Of a stretch of 24,000 bases of DNA, positions 18,174 to 24,000 are shown one piece after another. This DNA comes from an uncultured Hyphomicrobiales bacterium. Lineage in GTDB: Bacteria; Pseudomonadota; Alphaproteobacteria; Rhizobiales; Beijerinckiaceae. The stretch spans positions 84,471 through 108,470 of the forward strand of contig CAIUWR010000049.1 in the NCBI GenBank assembly GCA_903902915.1. Direction: 5' to 3'. Each line of letters begins with the position of its first letter. Position 1 is the first letter of the stretch. Made by a program: the position numbers and the translations under genes. The notes beneath the pieces are model-generated. The model searched no databases. It was not told where the DNA came from and saw only the letters and a list, made by a program, of their open reading frames with translations.

Positions 18174-19313
18174 ATGGACACTCTCGACGCATTCGCAAGG
18201 CGAAAGCTGGCGGCCCTGGAGGCGGCGGGCCTGCGGCGCGCGCTGGCGCCCACGGCGCGGCTGGACGGGGTGCATGTGCTGCGCGGCGGGCAAAAGCTGA
18301 TCAGCTTTTCCTGCAACGATTACCTCGGCCTCGCCCATGATCCGCGCGTGCTGGCCGCCGCCCATGGCGCGCTGGATGAGCACGGGGCGGGGGCGGGCGC
18401 TTCGCGGCTGGTCACGGGCGACCACCCATTGTTGAGCGCGCTGGAACGCCGCCTCGCCGCCTTCAAGGGCGCGGAGGCGGCCTGCGTCTTCGGCTCGGGC
18501 TATCTCACCAATGCGGGCGTCATCGCGACGCTGACGGGCGCCAATGATCTGGTGCTGCTCGACGAGCTCGTCCATTCGAGCCTGCTCAGCGGCGGCAAGC
18601 TATCGAGCGCGCGGGTGCTGACCTTCCGCCACAACGATGCGGCCCATCTGCGCGAGCTGCTCAGCGCCCATCGCGGCGGCGCCACGCGCTGTCTGGTGGC
18701 GACCGATGGGGTCTTCTCCATGGATGGGGATCTGGCGCCGGTGGGCGATCTGCTGGCGGCCTGCCGCGACCACGACGCCTGGCTGATGGTCGACGACGCC
18801 CATGGGGTGGGCGTGGTGAACGGCGGGCGGGGCGTCGCCCATGGCCATGCCGTGCCGCTGCGCATGGGCACGCTCTCGAAGGCGCTGGGGAGTTATGGCG
18901 GCTATGTCTGCGCCTCCGCGCCGGTGATCGACTATCTGAAGACCCGCGCCCGCACCTTCGTCTATTCCACCGCCTTGCCGCCCGCGAGCGCGGCGGCGGC
19001 CCTGGCGGCGCTGGAGATTGTAGAGCGAGAGCCCGAGCGGGTCGCCCAGCCCCTGCGCAAGGCGCGGCTCTTTACCGGCTTGATGGGCATGGACGAGGCG
19101 CAAAGCTCCATCGTGCCGGTGATCGTGGGCGAGGCCCGGCGCGCGGTGGAGCTGTCGCGCGCTCTGGAGAAGCGCGGCTATCTGGTCGGCGCGATCCGCC
19201 CGCCCACGGTTCCGCTGGGCGCCTCGCGCCTTCGAGTAACCTTCTCGGCGGCCCATGACGATGCGGATGTTGCGGGGCTGGCGCAGGCCATGCGCGAGGC
19301 CCTCGCCCCATGA
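18174..19313 (+). CDS. bioF: 8-amino-7-oxononanoate synthase
   Basis: FSCNDYLGL, GAGASRLVTG, DDAHGVGV, GTLSKALGSYGG (PLP Lys); alpha-oxoamine synthase family in a bio context. Confidence 0.92.
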   Translation: MDTLDAFARRKLAALEAAGLRRALAPTARLDGVHVLRGGQKLISFSCNDYLGLAHDPRVLAAAHGALDEHGAGAGASRLVTGDHPLLSALERRLAAFKGAEAACVFGSGYLTNAGVIATLTGANDLVLLDELVHSSLLSGGKLSSARVLTFRHNDAAHLRELLSAHRGGATRCLVATDGVFSMDGDLAPVGDLLAACRDHDAWLMVDDAHGVGVVNGGRGVAHGHAVPLRMGTLSKALGSYGGYVCASAPVIDYLKTRARTFVYSTALPPASAAAALAALEIVEREPERVAQPLRKARLFTGLMGMDEAQSSIVPVIVGEARRAVELSRALEKRGYLVGAIRPPTVPLGASRLRVTFSAAHDDADVAGLAQAMREALAP

Positions 19314-19981
19314 GCGCTCTCTTCATCACCGCCACCGGCACCGATTGCGGCAAGACCTTCGTCACGGCGGGGCTGCTGGGCCACCTGCGTGCGCTCGGCC
19401 TGACCGCCCGCGCTCTGAAACCCGTGGTGAGCGGCTTCGACGAGGCCGCGCCGGAGGGGTCGGACCCCGCCGAACTGCTTGCGGCCATGGGCCAGCCCCT
19501 CACCCCGCAAAACCTCGCGGCGGTCGCGCCCCTGCGCTTCAAGGCCCCGCTCGCCGCCACCATGGCGGCGCGGCTGGAGGGGCGCAGGCTGACGCTGGGC
19601 GATATTCTGCGCGCCTGCCAAACCGCCATGCTCGACCCGCGAGGCCCGCTGTTGATCGAAGGCGCGGGCGGGGTCATGTCGCCCTTCGCGGAAGGCGCCA
19701 CTTGCCTCGACGCGATCAAGGCGCTGGGCCTGCCGTCCCTGCTGGTGAGCGGAACCTATCTGGGCGCCATCAGCCACACCCTGACCGCGCTGGCGGCCAT
19801 GCGGGCGGCGGGCTGCGCACCCCGCGCGATTGCGGTGAATGAGTCGCTTGGGGGCAGCGTGACCCTCGCGGAGACCATGGCCGAGCTTGCCGCTTTCGCG
19901 CCGGGCGTGGCGCTGACGCCGATCAGGCGGGGCGAGCGGGACTTTGCGGCGCTGGCGCGGGCGTGTGGGCTAGAGGGTTGA
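19310..19981 (+). CDS. bioD: Dethiobiotin synthetase
   Basis: FITATGTDCGKTFVT P-loop-like start, EGAGG motif. ATGA overlap with the bioF stop. Confidence 0.9.
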   Translation: MSALFITATGTDCGKTFVTAGLLGHLRALGLTARALKPVVSGFDEAAPEGSDPAELLAAMGQPLTPQNLAAVAPLRFKAPLAATMAARLEGRRLTLGDILRACQTAMLDPRGPLLIEGAGGVMSPFAEGATCLDAIKALGLPSLLVSGTYLGAISHTLTALAAMRAAGCAPRAIAVNESLGGSVTLAETMAELAAFAPGVALTPIRRGERDFAALARACGLEG

Positions 19982-20186
19982 GGGCCGGGTGGGCCAAATC
20001 CCCCGCCAATCGCGTGGGCAAGCAGTCCCTTGCCGAAGCCTTGAGCCCGTGCCAGAACGCTGGCTCTGGTTTCGCCAAGGGTCCGCCGTGCCACGTTTCG
20101 CTCTCCCCCTGACCCTGCGCCGAGGTTGACGGCCGCGCGTCGCGCGCCGCCTCGCCATTGTCACATCTTCAGTTCAGGAAATGCTC

Positions 20187-21044
20187 ATGTCCGCCCAAGC
20201 CCAATATGTCCTCGCCCTGTCCTGCCCGAACCAGCCCGGCATCGTGGCTGTCGTGTCGACCTATCTGTTCGACCACCACAGCAACATTCTCGACGCGCAG
20301 CAGTATGACGATACGGAATCGACCATCTTCTTCTGCCGCATCGTCTTCGACCGCGTGGAGGATTTCGAGGCGCTGCATGCGGGTTTCGCGCCCATCGCCG
20401 AACGTTTCAACATGACCTGGCGCATGCATCCGCGCGACGAGAAGAAGCGCGTGATGATCCTTGTGTCGCGCTTCGACCATTGCCTGGGCGATCTGCTCTA
20501 TCGCTGGCGCATCGGCGAATTGAACATGGACATTTCCTCCATCGTCTCGAACCATCCGCGCGAGACCTATGCGCATCATGATTTCGACGGCGCGCCCTTC
20601 CATCACCTGCCGGTGACGAAGGAGACCAAGATGGAGCAGGAGACGCAGCTCTGGGAGCTGATCCGCTCCACCAAGACCGACATCGTGGTGCTCGCCCGCT
20701 ACATGCAGATCCTGTCGGATGGATTGAGCGCCAAATTGATGGGACGCTGCATCAACATCCATCATTCCTTCCTGCCGGGCTTCAAGGGCGCCAATCCCTA
20801 TACGCAGGCGCATCGGCGCGGCGTGAAGCTGATCGGCGCCACAGCTCACTACGTGACGGCGGATCTCGATGAAGGTCCGATCATCGAGCAGGATGTGGAG
20901 CGCATCTCCCATCGCGACACGCCCGACGATCTCGTGCGCAAGGGCCGCGACATCGAACGCCGGGTGCTGGCCCGCGCGCTGCACCACCACCTTGACGACC
21001 GGGTCATGGTGTCTGGCCGCAAGACCATCGTCTTCTCGGATTAA
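20187..21044 (+). CDS. purU: Formyltetrahydrofolate deformylase
   Basis: N-terminal ACT-like [18 protein letters not shown], then [41 protein letters not shown] 20187 is preferred over 20181 because of spacing from AGGAA (20176-20180); either start is possible. Confidence 0.92.
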   Translation: MSAQAQYVLALSCPNQPGIVAVVSTYLFDHHSNILDAQQYDDTESTIFFCRIVFDRVEDFEALHAGFAPIAERFNMTWRMHPRDEKKRVMILVSRFDHCLGDLLYRWRIGELNMDISSIVSNHPRETYAHHDFDGAPFHHLPVTKETKMEQETQLWELIRSTKTDIVVLARYMQILSDGLSAKLMGRCINIHHSFLPGFKGANPYTQAHRRGVKLIGATAHYVTADLDEGPIIEQDVERISHRDTPDDLVRKGRDIERRVLARALHHHLDDRVMVSGRKTIVFSD

Positions 21045-21562
21045 TCGGGCGACGGCTGCGTGCGCAGCGACCAGGCGTCGAGAGAGGGCGCCGCCGCCGG
21101 GATCGAGGCTTCGAGCGAGGCCGTCGGCGCTTGTCGGCGCGAAGCGTCATGGATGGTGATCAAGGCCCCTTCCGCCTTCACCATGCTGAAAAGTCTGGCG
21201 GCGTTGGCGGGCGCCAGACGGATGCAGCCATGGGAGGCCGGGCGGCCCAGTTGCGCCACCGAACCCGTGCCGTGAATCGCATAGCCCGCATGGAAAAAGA
21301 TGGACCAGGGCATGGGCGCCATGTCGTATGCGCGCGAATAATGCATCTTTTGCAGACTATAGGGCGTGTAGGATCCGGGCGGCGTGACAAAGCCCTTGCG
21401 CGCGGTGGACACCGGCCAGGTCCATGTGTCCCCGGACGCGGATTGCACGCGCATGCGCTGGGTGGGAATGTCCACGTCGATGGTCACCGCCCAAGCCGCG
21501 TCCTGCCCCAACAGCAGGCCGCTCGAAAATACACACAACGCTAGCAACTGACGCATGACCAC
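21041..21562 (-). CDS. L,D-transpeptidase (YkuD domain), secreted
   Basis: Signal peptide [48 protein letters not shown] catalytic His/Cys motif. Its stop overlaps the purU stop in a TTAA. Confidence 0.88.
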   Translation of the reverse strand: MVMRQLLALCVFSSGLLLGQDAAWAVTIDVDIPTQRMRVQSASGDTWTWPVSTARKGFVTPPGSYTPYSLQKMHYSRAYDMAPMPWSIFFHAGYAIHGTGSVAQLGRPASHGCIRLAPANAARLFSMVKAEGALITIHDASRRQAPTASLEASIPAAAPSLDAWSLRTQPSPD

Positions 21563-21698
21563 CTCCGGCCTATGCGGCTATTGATAGGCTACCGGCGAAT
21601 GCCTTGAGCTTAACGATAAGGGAAGGCGCCCGTGAATTGGCCGTTTTTTGCTGGCTATGGTTGAGGATTGGTAAACCTCTGGTGTGAAGACTGCGCCC

Positions 21699-22619
21699 AT
21701 GACCACACGTCGCCTCGCCATCGCCCTCGCCGCGCTCCTTGTCGCTTCGTCTGCAAGCGCGCAGGACAAGGGCTCGCTGGAACCTCGCGCCCTGCCCCCG
21801 CTCGCAAGGCCCGACGATCCCGCCACCCCCGCCAAAGAGCTGTTCGGCCGCAAGGGAACACCGACGCGAGAAGCGCCCAAAGTGATCGGCTTCTACGCCA
21901 AAGGGTGCCTCGCGGGCGGGGAGGCGCTGCCCATCGACGGCGAGGCCTGGCAGGTCATGCGCCTGTCGCGCAACCGCAACTGGGGCCATCCGGCGCTGAT
22001 CGACTTTCTGAAGCGCACCGCAACTGACTTGCGCGCGGCGCAGGTCTGGCCGGGCCTGCTGGTGGGCGACATGGCCCAACCGCGCGGCGGGCCGATGATC
22101 ACCGGCCACGCTTCCCACCAGATCGGCCTTGACGCCGATGTCTGGCTGACCCCCATGCCGGACCATCGCCTGACCCGCGCCGAGCGGGAGGAGATGTCCG
22201 CCCTCCAGATGGTGCGGCCCGACGGGCTCGACGTGGACCCGGCGCGCTGGACGCCCGCCCATATGGCCATGCTGAAGGCCGTGGCGGAAAAGCCCGAGGT
22301 GCAGCGGATTTTCGTCAACCCCGCGATCAAGAAAGCCATCTGCCGGGACGCGCGGGGCGAGCGCGCCTGGCTGTCGAAGATGCGGCCCATGTATGGGCAC
22401 GACTATCACGTCCACATCCGCCTGTTTTGCCCTGCGGGCGAGGCTGGCTGCACCCGTCAGGACGCCGTGCCCGAGGGGGATGGCTGCGACGCGAGTCTGG
22501 CCTGGTGGTTCACCGACGAGGCGATGCATCCCAAACCCGACCCCAACGCGAAACCAAAGCCGCCCATCACCATGGCGGCCCTGCCGAACGCGTGCATGGC
22601 TGTGCTGAAGGCGCCTTGA
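21699..22619 (+). CDS. mepA: Penicillin-insensitive murein endopeptidase (peptidase M74)
   Basis: Signal peptide MTTRRLAIALAALLVASSASAQ. NRNWGHPALIDF, GHASHQIGLDADVWL, GHDYHVHIRL metal ligand motifs. GTG at 21684 is an alternative start. Confidence 0.88.
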   Translation: MTTRRLAIALAALLVASSASAQDKGSLEPRALPPLARPDDPATPAKELFGRKGTPTREAPKVIGFYAKGCLAGGEALPIDGEAWQVMRLSRNRNWGHPALIDFLKRTATDLRAAQVWPGLLVGDMAQPRGGPMITGHASHQIGLDADVWLTPMPDHRLTRAEREEMSALQMVRPDGLDVDPARWTPAHMAMLKAVAEKPEVQRIFVNPAIKKAICRDARGERAWLSKMRPMYGHDYHVHIRLFCPAGEAGCTRQDAVPEGDGCDASLAWWFTDEAMHPKPDPNAKPKPPITMAALPNACMAVLKAP

Positions 22620-22629
22620 GGGCGGCCCC

Positions 22630-23622
22630 TCACAACATGCTTGGCAGCACCCGGTCGGGCGGGCGGTGGCCGTCGAGGAAGGCCTTCACATTGATGATGA
22701 CCTTCTCGCCCATGTCGATGCGGCCCTCCTGGGTGGCCGAGCCCATATGGGGCAGCAGCGTCACCTTGCCCGCCTTGGCGAGCCGCACCAGCTTGGTGGG
22801 CACGGCGGGTTCATGTTCGAACACATCGAGCCCGGCGCCCGCGATCTCGCCGCGCTCCAGCATCTGCACCAGCGCCGCCTCGTCGATGATCTCGCCGCGC
22901 GCCGTGTTCACGATGATGGCGTTGGGACGCAAATGCTTGAGCCGCCGCGCCGACAGCAGATGATAGGTGGCGGGCGTGTGCGGGCAGTTGACCGACACGA
23001 TGTCCATGCGCGCCAGCATCTGATCGAGGCTCTCCCAATAGGTGGCCTCCAGCTGCTCCTCGATGGCGGTCGAGACCCTGCGGCGATTGTGATAATGGAT
23101 CGACAGGCCGAAAGCCTTGGCGCGCCGGGCGACGGCCTGACCGATGCGGCCCATGCCCACGATGCCGAGCCTTTTGCCGGTGATGCGCCGCCCGAGCATC
23201 CAGGTGGGCGACCAGCCGGTCCATTCGCCGCCAGGAATGACATGGGCGCCCTCGACCACGCGCCGCGCGACGGCCAGAATCAGCGCCATGGTCATGTCGG
23301 CCGTGTCCTCGGTGAGGACGCCGGGCGTATTGGTGACGGTGACGCCACGCTCGATGGCGGCGGCGACATCAATATTATCGACGCCGTTGCCGAAATTGGC
23401 GATCAGCCGCAGCTGGTCCCCGGCCTGGGCGAGGAGCGCGCGGTCGATCCGGTCGGTGACGGTGGGCACCAGCACGTCAGCCGTGGCTACGGCGGCCGCG
23501 AGTTGCGCAGCGCTCATCGGCGCGTCCGTTTCATTCAAGCGGGTCTCGAACAGCTCGCACATCCGGGTCTCGACGACGTCGGGGAGCTTTCTGGTGACCA
23601 CAACGAGCGGCTTTTTCCTCAC
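22630..23622 (-). CDS. D-isomer-specific 2-hydroxyacid dehydrogenase (glyoxylate/hydroxypyruvate reductase type)
   Basis: GIVGMGRIGQAVARRA NAD fold, NTARGEIIDEAAL, LDVFEHEP, PHMGSAT. Start taken at GTG 23620-23622 (VRKKPLVVVTRK) after AGGGAA. The longer track ORF adds an implausible Arg/Pro-rich leader. Confidence 0.88.
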   Translation of the reverse strand: MRKKPLVVVTRKLPDVVETRMCELFETRLNETDAPMSAAQLAAAVATADVLVPTVTDRIDRALLAQAGDQLRLIANFGNGVDNIDVAAAIERGVTVTNTPGVLTEDTADMTMALILAVARRVVEGAHVIPGGEWTGWSPTWMLGRRITGKRLGIVGMGRIGQAVARRAKAFGLSIHYHNRRRVSTAIEEQLEATYWESLDQMLARMDIVSVNCPHTPATYHLLSARRLKHLRPNAIIVNTARGEIIDEAALVQMLERGEIAGAGLDVFEHEPAVPTKLVRLAKAGKVTLLPHMGSATQEGRIDMGEKVIINVKAFLDGHRPPDRVLPSML

Positions 23623-23808
23623 GTTCCCTGACCTTTGCCATGAACTTCGCGGTAAGCGCGCGGGCGCGCGTTCACACCTCCTTAACCCGGCCGGGGCCAG
23701 ATGGGGGCGCAAGCCACGCCGCGTCGCTGTCCTCTTCTAACAGAAGGGCGGACCCGCAGAAAGGTGACGAAAGTGGTGGCTGCCGCACGTGACAGGAGAA
23801 CCGGACGG

Positions 23809-24000
23809 ATGTTGAGCGGAGGCGAACTGAGAGTCATTCCGGCGCGCCGGGTCAACTGCCGCTGGCTGATGCGCGGCCTGATCCTTTGCGTCATGGCGCT
23901 CGCCCCCATCTCGCTCCCCCGGTCCGCCGCGCGGGCGGCCGAGGGCGTGCAGACGGGCTCGGTCACGGGCCTGCGCCTGCCCCGCTTCGTCAGTCTGCGG
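23809..24000 (+). CDS. SH3-like domain protein (DUF1058/COG3807-like), N-terminal part; runs off the window
   Basis: Open frame from ATG 23809 (AGGAG at 23794-23798) to the window end. Signal-like MRGLILCVMALAPISL, then TGSVTGLRLPRFVSLR, which matches the conserved start of alphaproteobacterial DUF1058 proteins (from memory). Absent from the ORF track because no stop falls in the window. Confidence 0.5.
   Translation, partial: MLSGGELRVIPARRVNCRWLMRGLILCVMALAPISLPRSAARAAEGVQTGSVTGLRLPRFVSLR

Noticed and set aside
19982-20186. ZTP (pfl), THF or glycine riboswitch upstream of purU.
   Set aside because: The conserved cores I remember (for example GGGUCGUGACUGGCG and CCGCCUGGGC for ZTP) are absent by eye. 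A covariance-model scan would be needed to be definitive.

Overview
High-GC (sampled lines about 65-70% G+C) chromosomal window with alphaproteobacterial-type gene content; a Hyphomicrobiales/Rhizobiales origin is inference only. Almost all of it is ordinary, tightly packed housekeeping and metabolic DNA. In order: the 3' end of ureC; an ABM-fold gene; ureE-ureF, a small membrane protein and ureG; a complete urate-to-allantoin module (OHCU decarboxylase, HIU hydrolase, NCS2 permease, PuuD-type membrane cytochrome c urate oxidase); rph-rdgB; a DUF1186/SEC-C protein; isobutyryl-CoA dehydrogenase-like and mmsB; a CN-hydrolase and a PcaF/PaaJ-like thiolase; divergent bioBA / bioFD; purU; an L,D-transpeptidase and mepA; a 2-hydroxyacid dehydrogenase; and the start of an SH3-like (DUF1058) protein. 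The one clearly anomalous segment is a roughly 1.6 kb low-GC cassette (sampled lines 30-43% G+C) inserted exactly at the ureC stop codon. It is bracketed by perfect 27-bp direct repeats that duplicate the last 8 codons plus stop of ureC. It carries no recombinase. Its only cargo is a DUF262 (ParB/GmrSD-like) plus HNH nuclease gene, read convergently to ureC and interrupted by a single in-frame TAA. This looks like a minimal, recently acquired and possibly inactivated single-gene defence-type (type IV restriction-like) islet that also splits the urease operon. Other lower-interest observations: a related set of GC-rich palindromic hairpins at gene 3' ends, a perfect palindrome in the uraD/hiuH divergent promoter region, a 10-bp stem-loop between the permease and puuD, and a bio cluster with no recognisable BioR box or pimelate-arm genes in the window. 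No tRNA, rRNA, CRISPR array or transposase was seen.
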